This document shows, piece after piece, positions 37,266-46,338 of a DNA stretch of 54,793 bases. Both the position numbers and the translations under genes were made by a program. A model generated the notes under the pieces. The model saw only the letters and a program-made list of their open reading frames with translations, had not been told where the DNA came from and did not search any database. Source of the stretch: a virus (Duplodnaviria > Caudoviricetes); IMG/VR virus record IMGVR_UViG_3300012920_000001, positions 1 through 54,793 of that record; one strand, 5' to 3'. Position 1 is the stretch's first letter, and each line of letters begins with the position of its first letter.

Positions 37266-37819
37266 CGTTTTCTCCGTTTAATATCATATTCAGCTTCGCC
37301 CCGAAGTCTACGCATTTCGTCACGAGCATTTCTTTCCCTAGATGCAACTCTTTTCAGTTGTTGACGCTTGTCGCGTCTTTCCTGAGCATCTTTGGGTCTT
37401 CGTGCTCTAACTCTACGCATTTCATCAGCGGCATCGTCCTGAACACCAATGACACGAGCTTCCTCATCACGAATATTACGGTTGACTCTACCGCCATCAG
37501 CTTTATTCATTTTTGAAAAAGTCTTGGCTAGGTTGGCTCTTTTCTGAGTGGTTGCAGATGGTTTACCAGCACCTTTTTTAGCTGGCTTCCCTTCGGCTAA
37601 TTTGTTGATTACGCCCTTGGGAATTTTTCCATCCTTCATTTTGACCCCTTCACTTTTAACGTAAGAAGTCAACGCACCCGGCTTTTTTACAGCCCCCTGA
37701 ATCCAATTTTTGTCAGATGTTGATCCACCTTTTTTCATCCCACGAGAACTTGATTTTGTGAAACCAAACGAAGAATCAAAATGCCAACCGTCTCGGAAGG
37801 GATAGCTCGATTTCATCAT
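37262..37819 (-). CDS. Basic modular protein (start revised to ATG 37819)
   Basis: ATGA overlap; NWIQGAVKKPGAL...KRANLAKT module flanked by MKKGG and KADGG. Confidence 0.7.
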   Translation of the reverse strand: MMKSSYPFRDGWHFDSSFGFTKSSSRGMKKGGSTSDKNWIQGAVKKPGALTSYVKSEGVKMKDGKIPKGVINKLAEGKPAKKGAGKPSATTQKRANLAKTFSKMNKADGGRVNRNIRDEEARVIGVQDDAADEMRRVRARRPKDAQERRDKRQQLKRVASRERNARDEMRRLRGEAEYDIKRRKR

Positions 37820-38589
37820 GCATCTCCCATACCGGAATGGTTTGAACAATAGTAATACAGTTCTGGTGTTGAGTCGGTGGTATCTATTTGAGTAAATGCA
37901 CCTGCCGTACCCGCTGTATTATTTATAGTCACCCCATCGGTGTATTCGACACCACCTGCGTGTGTTCCATTTGGCGTTGTGCTGAATCGCAATGGATGGT
38001 TGTTGTTGGTATTATCACTCTGTAAAAAGCGATAACTTCTGTTTGCTTCGAATGTGAAGTGTGGGCTTACCGCATCATCAACATAAAAAACATTACCAGT
38101 TCCATAGGAGTTTGTACCCGCTGCGACTCTTACGTTGTAAGACACTAGACCACTAACGTCCGCTGGTCTGTGATACTCCTTGATTGCATGAATTATTATT
38201 GTATAAGTATCACCGTTTGAAGCATTTCTAGTGCTCAAAGCGATATCACCAGCAGCATCGACACCTTTAATGCCACTTGCATTATAGGGTAGATACGGAA
38301 CGTATGGGATATCATATAGTTCACCTTGTGGGAAACTTGCTATGAGAGCATCACCAGCTGGACTTGGATCACCAACCCAAAAAAGATCAACACCCATGTC
38401 ATAAGTCTGACATACGACCTTTGTAATTTTTAGACCATTGCAAGCTAAACCGAACGAGTTTGGAGCAAGTGTAGAAACATCTATCTTGGTAACTTTACTT
38501 TCGCCAGTACCATCCGAGAGATTAGTAAACTTTGCAATGTACTGTCGCTCTCCATCTTGGAGAACTTGAGTTGTGACTGCATCAGCCAT
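37816..38589 (-). CDS. Virion protein with C-terminal cupredoxin-like domain
   Basis: MADAVT.Q...DG..ES.V.K.DVS.L N-terminus; HPLRFS...LYYYCSNHSGMG C-terminus; GGAGG RBS. Confidence 0.6.
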   Translation of the reverse strand: MADAVTTQVLQDGERQYIAKFTNLSDGTGESKVTKIDVSTLAPNSFGLACNGLKITKVVCQTYDMGVDLFWVGDPSPAGDALIASFPQGELYDIPYVPYLPYNASGIKGVDAAGDIALSTRNASNGDTYTIIIHAIKEYHRPADVSGLVSYNVRVAAGTNSYGTGNVFYVDDAVSPHFTFEANRSYRFLQSDNTNNNHPLRFSTTPNGTHAGGVEYTDGVTINNTAGTAGAFTQIDTTDSTPELYYYCSNHSGMGDA

Positions 38590-38602
38590 AGTTCACCTCC
38601 CT

Positions 38603-39058
38603 TTAAGAGAGATTATTGTTTTGGATATACATCACTGTCAGTGAAGCAACACCCGATGTACCGTCACCAGTAGCACCCGTAAAATCTGCAAGAACTTCCC
38701 TATCGGCTCCAGAAACATTCGTGGCCTCAGTATCTAGCGTTCCACGAGTTGTACCGACAGATTTAGTATCTACCGCATTCAAAAACGCATTTGGATCTGC
38801 CGCAGTTCCTACGGAAATAGTAGCCGCACCGCTATCGTCACCAGCCGTTGTAACGTTTAATATTACGTCAACAATCTGAGAGTTTGCGGGGAGCACTGCA
38901 ACTCTTTGATTGAGTTGGCTTGCACCAGTAATGTTTGGCATCATTGACTGTGCCATTACGACAGAACCAACATTGGCTACGTTAACGCCAAGGTCCGTTC
39001 CTGTAGTGGCTTGGATGGTTCCGGCTTTAATCGGACCAGAAAAAGTAGTTGTACCCAT
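38603..39058 (-). CDS. Putative minor capsid/decoration protein
   Basis: TTFSGP.KAG, LPANSQI; immediately downstream of capsid gene. Confidence 0.6.
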   Translation of the reverse strand: MGTTTFSGPIKAGTIQATTGTDLGVNVANVGSVVMAQSMMPNITGASQLNQRVAVLPANSQIVDVILNVTTAGDDSGAATISVGTAADPNAFLNAVDTKSVGTTRGTLDTEATNVSGADREVLADFTGATGDGTSGVASLTVMYIQNNNLS

Positions 39059-39066
39059 TTTTCCTC

Positions 39067-39123
39067 ACATACGAGTTGCGTGTATTTGTCGGTATGTCGT
39101 CAGTCGGGAACTGTCAAATACAC
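39067..39123 (-). ncRNA. Structured RNA element downstream of the capsid gene (candidate Mu-gpT-DE-like motif)
   Basis: GTGTATTTG/CAAATACAC stem, CAGT/ACTG hairpin, ACATAC/GTATGT pseudoknot pairing. Confidence 0.5.
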
Positions 39124-39137
39124 AAGGTTAAATCCCG

Positions 39138-39174
39138 AAAAACCCCTACCGCCACAGGGATAGGACGGTAGGGG
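39138..39174 (-). terminator. Intrinsic terminator after the major capsid gene
   Basis: Minus strand CCCCTACCGTC-loop-GGCGGTAGGGG-TTTTT. Confidence 0.75.
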
Positions 39175-39180
39175 ATTTCA

Positions 39181-40095
39181 TTAAACTCCGGGTGTTCCGA
39201 AGATTGCTCTCGGATCTGTCCAACCGAAGTTGTAGCGTTCAGTAGCTTTATAACGCATTGAGTCAGTTTCGAAATCGCCTTCCATTGATTTCTCAAGTCC
39301 TCTTCGCATCATCAGCTTCAGACCTTCAGGAGCATCTGTTTGTACCCACCAAGCAGTGCTTGAAGTGATACGCGAGATGTTTGCCTGACCGTCACCCAAT
39401 AGCCCCATTGACTTAACAGGGTTGATGTCGTTATCAGCCGTTCCCGGTCTCAAAGCAGACTTTAGTAGAGTTTCTGCTTGGAAAACGTTTGCTGGTCCGG
39501 TAACGATTTGGGTTGGTGTAAGTCTGATTCTCTTACCATTGTTGTCAACCGCATTACGGATTTGAATTAGCATTTGTTCCAGAGATGTCTGAGACAGTGC
39601 TGCCGCATTCGTTAGTATGTTGCTAAACGTGCCGTTAACAATTGGGTGGGAAGCACTGTTCAGTGCAACGCCATCACCGCCCGGAAAGGCCGCATTGAAT
39701 GCTCTGTTAAGAATATTCGCACCAAGAGTTTCTTTGGTTTCCACCAAAGATTGAGCGAGATGTTTAGCATACGTTGAACCAATACGAATATGGTCACCGT
39801 CCTCTACAAGCACTTTGGTAAGGGCAAATGCCAAACCGTATACTTTGTAGAGATATCTCTGAATGAACAACACACCACCGGATTGATATGTTACTGCCAT
39901 ACCGTCTGGTAATTCTGGTGCCGCACCAAAACCATAAAGAACTGGTTCTTCATGGTACTGTCGAGGAATGCCTTGATACTCTTCGAATACCTCGGCCCAC
40001 TCATCGGCACGTTGCTCATATATTCCATCGAAGACTTCGTTTAAGATAGGTTCAACTATCGAGCGAAAGTCGGTACTACGCATAGGAGTAGCCAT
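39181..40095 (-). CDS. Major capsid protein (HTVC010P-like / Mu gpT-like family)
   Basis: 304 aa; EEP..GFG.AP, LA.S...TKE...AN.LN.AF, GGDG..L.S..HP, GDFET..MRYKA.ERY.FGW.DPR; followed by terminator. Confidence 0.85.
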   Translation of the reverse strand: MATPMRSTDFRSIVEPILNEVFDGIYEQRADEWAEVFEEYQGIPRQYHEEPVLYGFGAAPELPDGMAVTYQSGGVLFIQRYLYKVYGLAFALTKVLVEDGDHIRIGSTYAKHLAQSLVETKETLGANILNRAFNAAFPGGDGVALNSASHPIVNGTFSNILTNAAALSQTSLEQMLIQIRNAVDNNGKRIRLTPTQIVTGPANVFQAETLLKSALRPGTADNDINPVKSMGLLGDGQANISRITSSTAWWVQTDAPEGLKLMMRRGLEKSMEGDFETDSMRYKATERYNFGWTDPRAIFGTPGV

Positions 40096-40110
40096 AGTTC
40101 AATACCCCCC

Positions 40111-40713
40111 TTAAACCGAGTTAACAGCTGCTTTGTATTGATGTTCGTTTATACGAACAGTAGCAACTACAAAGGCATCAGTTAGTGTACTATCAACGCC
40201 ACCTGTCGTTCCTTCAAATCCAGTGATTTGAAATTGTGCAGATGTTGTTTGAATAGCAGTAAGTTTGCAATCAGATAGACCAGTTCTTGTTGATCCACCC
40301 GGTGAAGCGACAGTCCAATCACATTGCTCACCAACGGCTGTTTGTACCGTTGTTCCGGGTGATGGATTGTCATATTGTACTGCAAACAGAATTTCTGGAT
40401 CATCATAGACCCAAGCTGTAATTTCTGTCGCCGCAATTCCACTAGGCCAGTATGGTGACACAGTTGGAACTCCAAGAGCATCAATATATTGGCAACCGGC
40501 GAAAATGCCTAAAAGTAAAATACCGTCAGTTGTACCGCTACGAGTGCCATCGCTTGTACCTAATTGTACGACACCTGTATCGACCAATTTAACGGGATCG
40601 CCTTGGAATACATTTTGAGCGTATCCCGAAGCAATAGTATAGGCTTTCGCTATGATCTGCCCACTGTTGTGATAAGACGCACGAAAGCCAAAAGGTGCAG
40701 AGACTGAAGACAT
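40111..40713 (-). CDS. Putative capsid cement/stabilising protein
   Basis: APFGF, Y.IASGY...FQGD.V, G.F.GC.Y, V.DDP; directly upstream of capsid gene. Confidence 0.6.
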   Translation of the reverse strand: MSSVSAPFGFRASYHNSGQIIAKAYTIASGYAQNVFQGDPVKLVDTGVVQLGTSDGTRSGTTDGILLLGIFAGCQYIDALGVPTVSPYWPSGIAATEITAWVYDDPEILFAVQYDNPSPGTTVQTAVGEQCDWTVASPGGSTRTGLSDCKLTAIQTTSAQFQITGFEGTTGGVDSTLTDAFVVATVRINEHQYKAAVNSV

Positions 40714-40746
40714 TCTGCATTCTCCCTATTGGTTGAAAGTTGAGGA

Positions 40747-41277
40747 TCACGAGAGGTCAAATTGTGCCTCCCGATACTGACCAATCTCAGCCGTGCCATC
40801 ACCCTTCTCAACTTTACCGCCAGATGCTTGTGCTTGTTCTTCAATCAACGCAGCTGTTTCCGCAAGTTTTAATTCTTCTCGCATGGGAGCATCGTGATGA
40901 GCTTCCATCATGTATTTTTCATACAGAGACATCGGAAGTTTGAATGCTAACATCTCATTGACACCTATGAAGCCATCCCACTCACCCCCTTTGATTGTTG
41001 CATACTCCCAACCAGCTATTTCTTCTGGTTTGACAGGCTCGTAGCCTAGTCGAATGCGATGCTGTACAGTGTCTCTGGGGTTTGTTGTAGTGATCCAACA
41101 AAGATGCCAACCCGGAATATCGGGAAGGTCTGGTAGACTAGATTGGAAAAATTGTTGCCTGAACATTTCTAACCTCTCATCTTCAGTAACTTCACGATTT
41201 TCTGTTACCGGACGATCTTGCATCGCCTTGCTTGTGCGGTTACTACCAGAGGTTTTCTTAATTCGTTCGTCTGACAT
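40747..41277 (-). CDS. Conserved hypothetical head-module protein
   Basis: LP..PGWH..W, R.GYEPV, IGV..MLA.K.P pattern; AAGGAG RBS. Confidence 0.7.
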   Translation of the reverse strand: MSDERIKKTSGSNRTSKAMQDRPVTENREVTEDERLEMFRQQFFQSSLPDLPDIPGWHLCWITTTNPRDTVQHRIRLGYEPVKPEEIAGWEYATIKGGEWDGFIGVNEMLAFKLPMSLYEKYMMEAHHDAPMREELKLAETAALIEEQAQASGGKVEKGDGTAEIGQYREAQFDLS

Positions 41278-41299
41278 TTAATGTCGCTCCTTTTTCAGC

Positions 41300-41337
41300 G
41301 ATTTTTGAAATATAAGTTGGATTTTTGAAAAACGCAA
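41300..41337 (-). promoter_or_regulatory. Candidate capsid-operon promoter with 11-bp direct repeats
   Basis: Minus strand TTGCGT-17 nt-TATATT; TTTCAAAAATC twice with 20-nt period. Confidence 0.55.
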
Positions 41338-41343
41338 GCCTGT

Positions 41344-42330
41344 TTAAGCCTTGTTCTCTCGATCCCACTCCATATACCGTTTGACATACTTCTGTCGAAG
41401 CACCGGATCATCCCAAACACCGTGGTCCATCATAGCTTGTTTACGCTCAGGACTGATGTAAACTTCCTTACGAGTAGACGCAGGTGCGTGCTCTTTTCCA
41501 GACCCGACAGCAGGGCCACCACGAGCAACCCGTTTCTTTTTAACTGGCGTTGGCTCTTCTTGTTCTCCAACTTCTTCAACGAAATCTTCAAACTTTTCAG
41601 GCAGTCTTCGCGCTGCTCGTTCCGTTAGCTCATCCCAGTATTCATCCGTTGCTGGATCAAAACCCTCTTTAGTTAACGAAGCGTCTATTGCATTCACAAT
41701 GCTTGATTCTTCGTTTCCACCGTTGATGTCATACCAAGGATTGTCATCCATAAACTCCTGAGCGTGAGCTAAAACTCTATCGTCTACTGGAGTTTGTGGT
41801 TGTTGTTGCTGCATTTGAACGTTTGCTTGTTGTTTTTGACGTTCAAGTTGAGCTATTTTTTTCTGAGCTTGGTCACGATACGCTAAAGCCTTTTGTACAT
41901 CCTCACCACTTTGGGTTTCTACGCCTTTAGCAATAACTTGATCAGCCAAATTTAATTCTTTTTGAGCCACTGCAAGATGTTGATCAAGATTACCCATTTC
42001 CAAATTTTGGGATTTCTGTTCTTGGGCTGAAATTCTACGCTCAAGATCTTCGTTTCTTTTCCTGAGAAAATTCAATTCGACCTTGTCTCGCTTAATCGCA
42101 GTATCTCGACGTTGCTTACGCTCCTGTTTTTCTTTGCGTCTTCGCTCACGAATGCTTTCTCGCTCATCCGGTTGTTCTGAAGCAGTTTCAACTTTTTTTG
42201 GTTCTTCGGGAGCCGTTTCTGTGATTTTTATGTCCTCGGTATTTTCTTCTTGTGGTGCTTCGTCTTCAACGATAACAACTTTGTTGTCATCCGGCATTTC
42301 GTCACCGTCTTCTTTTCCTAACTCTGCCAT
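41344..42330 (-). CDS. Putative capsid scaffolding protein
   Basis: Acidic N-terminus, long coiled coil, NPWY motif, position between portal and capsid. Confidence 0.65.
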   Translation of the reverse strand: MAELGKEDGDEMPDDNKVVIVEDEAPQEENTEDIKITETAPEEPKKVETASEQPDERESIRERRRKEKQERKQRRDTAIKRDKVELNFLRKRNEDLERRISAQEQKSQNLEMGNLDQHLAVAQKELNLADQVIAKGVETQSGEDVQKALAYRDQAQKKIAQLERQKQQANVQMQQQQPQTPVDDRVLAHAQEFMDDNPWYDINGGNEESSIVNAIDASLTKEGFDPATDEYWDELTERAARRLPEKFEDFVEEVGEQEEPTPVKKKRVARGGPAVGSGKEHAPASTRKEVYISPERKQAMMDHGVWDDPVLRQKYVKRYMEWDRENKA

Positions 42331-42344
42331 TTTCTATCTCCTTG

Positions 42345-42776
42345 TCAGATAAATGCTTTTATTTGAAGTGGGTCACCTGTCACTTTTCCAATGATGTCGA
42401 GATCATTAAAAATTACGAACAGTGCTTTTTCGCCATTGGGATCTTTATCCAAAGGCACTTCCCATCGGTCACCACCGTATTTTGGAACCCTTACAAAATC
42501 GCCATCGGTACACCAACTACCTTCAGGCCATAATTCCATTGTGTTTCTATTTTTGAAAGCCAAAGGTCCAACGTGCATAACTTTACCGATTTGTGTATTC
42601 CACTTTTCGGTATCTTTGGTATCTGTCGTTAAAATAATACCACCCGCTGTTTTCTTTTTAGCTGTTCTAATTTGAACCAGAACACGGCTACCAAAAGGCT
42701 GTATACCTGCGTCAATATCAGGGAATGCCTCTTTCAATGCGTTCTCATAAGTTTTTGTCACCGAATTTTTCCTCAT
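42345..42776 (-). CDS. groES: Co-chaperonin GroES-like protein (likely start GTG 42761)
   Basis: QPFGSRVLV, KTAGGIIL, GKVMHVGP, GDFV..PKYGG, NDLDIIG. Confidence 0.85.
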   Translation of the reverse strand: MRKNSVTKTYENALKEAFPDIDAGIQPFGSRVLVQIRTAKKKTAGGIILTTDTKDTEKWNTQIGKVMHVGPLAFKNRNTMELWPEGSWCTDGDFVRVPKYGGDRWEVPLDKDPNGEKALFVIFNDLDIIGKVTGDPLQIKAFI

Positions 42777-42942
42777 CTAAAAGTTGCAATAGTACGTTTA
42801 TTGATGACTCGTAACCTGCCATCATTCCGCAACGATGCCCGTACTCGAAAACATCGCGCTCTTGTGGATGTCTCAAAGCCTGTTCAGCAAACTCAAACTG
42901 TTTGGCTTTGAGAGCATTCAACAATTTTGTTTCTATGTTCAC
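42745..42942 (-). CDS. Hypothetical protein
   Basis: FEY...CG...G pattern typical of the gene upstream of phage GroES. Confidence 0.65.
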   Translation of the reverse strand: MNIETKLLNALKAKQFEFAEQALRHPQERDVFEYGHRCGMMAGYESSINVLLQLLDEEKFGDKNL

Positions 42943-43100
42943 GCTTTCATATAACCTTTTGCGTTACCTGATAGCTTGTACTCGTAACGGGCTGGCATAA
43001 TGCCATCAACTTTTCCCGTCGATTCTTTTCTTGGACCTTCGGATAGCTTTCTTGGATTTTGTGCTTCCTTCATGTTGTCCATGTTCCGTTTGTAACCCAT
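42939..43100 (-). CDS. Small basic protein (start revised to ATG 43100)
   Basis: AAGGAG RBS before ATG 43100; overlaps 3' end of the 256-aa ORF. Confidence 0.5.
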   Translation of the reverse strand: MGYKRNMDNMKEAQNPRKLSEGPRKESTGKVDGIMPARYEYKLSGNAKGYMKA

Positions 43101-43776
43101 CTGGATTCTCCTTATAAAGATTGTCAAAGACACGATTAACATCCAAAGTGTAGTCCAAATCAGATTTGCTGTAGTGTACCCACTGAGAAGGACGAAACTC
43201 CGGTGCTCCTTCCCCTGCCTCAAACCACGCAGGGTGCGTAACTCTCACACGATTATTTGGTAGAGCCACAATATTTCCTGTCCATTCGCCTGCATCCAGA
43301 AGTTCTAGAACATGAGACTGCTTGTGTTGAGCAGGGTCATCTCCTATTTCTGAATCTGTATAATCGACAGTGAAATAATATTTTGCAGGGAAAAACTCCC
43401 CATCAATTTTTGCTAACCACGGACACGGTGTACACCGATCCAAAACGTAAACACTATGAGTTCTAGAAGAACAATCCCACGGTTGGGCATCGTGGGTTGC
43501 CATTGGCTCAGGCCAATCGTCCAACGGTGTATCACCGACCAAAGCTGTAATCGGCATCCTCGCCCACATAGCACCACCATGAACGTTTGGTTCATCGGTA
43601 TCGTAGGTTTCTGCACCTGTAAAAATTAACTGAAAACTGAGGCTACGGCATGGAATTGTCGTTACTGCAATCGCCATAGCATGGATAAATTCACCGTGAA
43701 ATTGTTGATGGTTGTAAGTGTACTCTCTTCGCACCCAACATTTGAAGTGCGGAATATTACTCTGCAAAAATGCCAT
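43006..43776 (-). CDS. Conserved protein of unknown function after portal
   Basis: GAMWARMPI, QPWDC, YYFTVDY, QHKQSH, ALPNNR motifs. Confidence 0.75.
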   Translation of the reverse strand: MAFLQSNIPHFKCWVRREYTYNHQQFHGEFIHAMAIAVTTIPCRSLSFQLIFTGAETYDTDEPNVHGGAMWARMPITALVGDTPLDDWPEPMATHDAQPWDCSSRTHSVYVLDRCTPCPWLAKIDGEFFPAKYYFTVDYTDSEIGDDPAQHKQSHVLELLDAGEWTGNIVALPNNRVRVTHPAWFEAGEGAPEFRPSQWVHYSKSDLDYTLDVNRVFDNLYKENPDGLQTEHGQHEGSTKSKKAIRRSKKRIDGKS

Positions 43777-43800
43777 GTTTTAAGTTCTACTCTTTGTCAG

Positions 43801-46338
43801 TTATGGTTGCGGGTCTGGGTCAATTCCTGTTCCAGTTGATACTTGTACCTTCTCACCCGTAGCCATTTCAGCAGCTGCGAGTAATTTAGCTGTCTCGTTG
43901 TCTGACTCATTCATTCGTTCTCTAGCGGCTAGATCCTCAGCCTTTCTTCTGTTTTCGTTCTCTTGTTTGATAGCTTCAAGGTCAAATTTAGCCTGACGAT
44001 CTGCAATGTCATTCTCTATTTTAGCCGCTTCAAGCTGGTCTTCATTCATCATTTCAGTGGCTTTTAGCTCCATTTTATCCTTTTCAAGCTGCATTTTCGC
44101 CTGAAGTTCCATCTGATCTTGTTGAATCTTAGCTCGATCTGACTCAGCACGTTGTTGAAGCGTCATTTGTGCAATTTCGAGCGATTTATCCTGTGGCATA
44201 GGCGGTTGTGGGGCATATTTCTGCGCTTCGGCAGTCATTTGCGCTAAATCTTTGCCAAAATTGCCTAATTGTTGCTCAATAAATTGTTGAACTTGCATAA
44301 TTACGGTGACTTCGTCCGATGCTTCTTTTTGAACCAAATTTTGAGCTTGTGCTTGTTGCACTGCCGTGTGTGCTTCCACCAAATAGTAGTTCAAAAGATG
44401 ATCCCGCAAGTGAATAGCCATAGGATAGAGAAAATTTGGCATAATTGCAGGGTTTGCACCGAACAGTGGAGATTTCAGGAATGGCAAATGAGTCATCATA
44501 TGTGCCAAATGGTCCTGTTCTGGGAGAACGTATACGGGTCTGCCCAGTGCAGCCGCCACATTTTCACTCACGGGGTCAAGGTTTTCTGTTCCCGGTGGGT
44601 CAACTAACACCTCTGAGTCGGGAACTTTCATAACTCTCAGGAACATTTCCTCGACTTTGCGTGCATCATACATCTGAGGCATCAATCGAGCACGTTCCAT
44701 GATAGCTTGGATCTGCGCGAAACGCTGTGTTTCACTGAAAATGGCTGGATCACTCACAGGTATAACGTCCATTGGACCGTCAAAGTCTGCTGGTTCGATC
44801 TCAAGACCAGCTTCATTGCCCTGTAGATCTTCATCTACCATGTAAGCACTATTGATTCTGTGTAGAATCTTAAAACATCGCTCCATAGATGAATGTAAAC
44901 GTGAGTGAATAGAACTGAATACCACCATACCCTGTTCAATTAGGGCCATTGTAGTACCAACTGGCATATTTGGATTTGTATCACTTAGCTTTTCAAATGA
45001 TGTTTGAACAACACCACGGCCCGCGTCTACTAAAAATCCAAGTAATTGAAACAATGTTGGGCTTGGTCCACTGAACGGAAGAGGCATTGCAATCTTGCGA
45101 ATGTCATCCACCATTGCACCACCTTCAATTTCTGCTATTTCGGTAGGTTGCAAGCTAATTGTTTGTCCACTTGGACCACCTTTGAGCTTCAACATCGTTG
45201 GTATGTTTTGAATGTGAGCACTATCCATCAATGCCCTCAATGCTCCGGTTGCAGCACCACTCAAACCACCAATCATCTGGGTCAAACCGATAGGATAAGC
45301 ACCACGCCACGGCACAAATGGAAACTCTACGATCCAATCCAACTCGTTTTTCATTTCATCGTCTGCTTCCCAGTTACGATACAATGACAATGCTTTGTTG
45401 GTGGTTTTGTCTATAGTCAGGATATATGGCTCTAGGCCATCATCGAAATCCATGAACGTATAAATTTCAAAGATGGTTCTCAAACCGTCTTCGTTGTAAC
45501 TACTTTCTTGCTTACCTTCGATCTTATCGTTCGCAGTTGTTGCCTTGCTATACTCTGGCTCGTTTGGATAACCAAGATCGACATCGATATACATACCGGA
45601 TTTTACCCGTCTTTCGTATTCCATCTTGGTGATATACTGAACGTGAGTCTTACGTTCTGCCGTATAAAAGTTTGTTGCAGCAAACGGTAAATACACATCG
45701 TCAATCGGGATAAACTCTGACTGAGGTTTACGATGCAAACTATCCCACATAAATTTCATGTACTGACCACCACCCAATGGGAGTTGGGTACTAAGTTGTT
45801 CAAGTTCAGCACGGAACTCAGGCATCTGTTCCGTAGTTTGCCAGTTCATAAAGTCTGTCTTCCGTCTGGCTTTTTCTAGCTTGTCTGGTGTTTGCTCACC
45901 TTGAACTTTACTTTTGACAGGTCCGTTTGACGGGAACGCTTCCTTCATAAATCGTGCGGAAAAGTCAACGCACGCTTGAATTAACATGGGATGTACGACA
46001 CGGTTAGCACCTTCAAATTGTGCTCCACCCGGTGCGTCATCACCAAGTCCAGTACGCTGCAAACCTAATTCGTATTGTTTGTCGCGTTTCTCTCTGGACT
46101 CTTTGTCTTTTGATATCTTGTCTACTAGATCAATGATTGCCGTGTTGAGTTTATTCTGGTCTACCTCTTCGACAATATTAGCAAAATGTGCAAGCCTTTG
46201 TTCTTGGCTCAACTCCATTTCTTCAAGACGAACAAAAGCACCACCGTCTTCTGTTTCTTCAACCTCTGCTAACTCATTTGGGATAGCGACAGTTTCGCCT
46301 TGCTGTTCTTCTTCCATCATTGTTTCGTCAGACATCAT
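43801..46338 (-). CDS. Portal protein
   Basis: 845 aa; HPML..A..DF.AR, YPIGL..MIGGL, PVGTTMAL.E.G, PVSDP, coiled-coil C-terminus. Confidence 0.85.
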   Translation of the reverse strand: MMSDETMMEEEQQGETVAIPNELAEVEETEDGGAFVRLEEMELSQEQRLAHFANIVEEVDQNKLNTAIIDLVDKISKDKESREKRDKQYELGLQRTGLGDDAPGGAQFEGANRVVHPMLIQACVDFSARFMKEAFPSNGPVKSKVQGEQTPDKLEKARRKTDFMNWQTTEQMPEFRAELEQLSTQLPLGGGQYMKFMWDSLHRKPQSEFIPIDDVYLPFAATNFYTAERKTHVQYITKMEYERRVKSGMYIDVDLGYPNEPEYSKATTANDKIEGKQESSYNEDGLRTIFEIYTFMDFDDGLEPYILTIDKTTNKALSLYRNWEADDEMKNELDWIVEFPFVPWRGAYPIGLTQMIGGLSGAATGALRALMDSAHIQNIPTMLKLKGGPSGQTISLQPTEIAEIEGGAMVDDIRKIAMPLPFSGPSPTLFQLLGFLVDAGRGVVQTSFEKLSDTNPNMPVGTTMALIEQGMVVFSSIHSRLHSSMERCFKILHRINSAYMVDEDLQGNEAGLEIEPADFDGPMDVIPVSDPAIFSETQRFAQIQAIMERARLMPQMYDARKVEEMFLRVMKVPDSEVLVDPPGTENLDPVSENVAAALGRPVYVLPEQDHLAHMMTHLPFLKSPLFGANPAIMPNFLYPMAIHLRDHLLNYYLVEAHTAVQQAQAQNLVQKEASDEVTVIMQVQQFIEQQLGNFGKDLAQMTAEAQKYAPQPPMPQDKSLEIAQMTLQQRAESDRAKIQQDQMELQAKMQLEKDKMELKATEMMNEDQLEAAKIENDIADRQAKFDLEAIKQENENRRKAEDLAARERMNESDNETAKLLAAAEMATGEKVQVSTGTGIDPDPQP

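Noticed and set aside
39870-39892. YQSGG in the major capsid protein as a member of the GG-tag set
   Set aside because: Lies within the folded capsid domain, not at a module boundary; probably chance, and a reminder that the motif is short.
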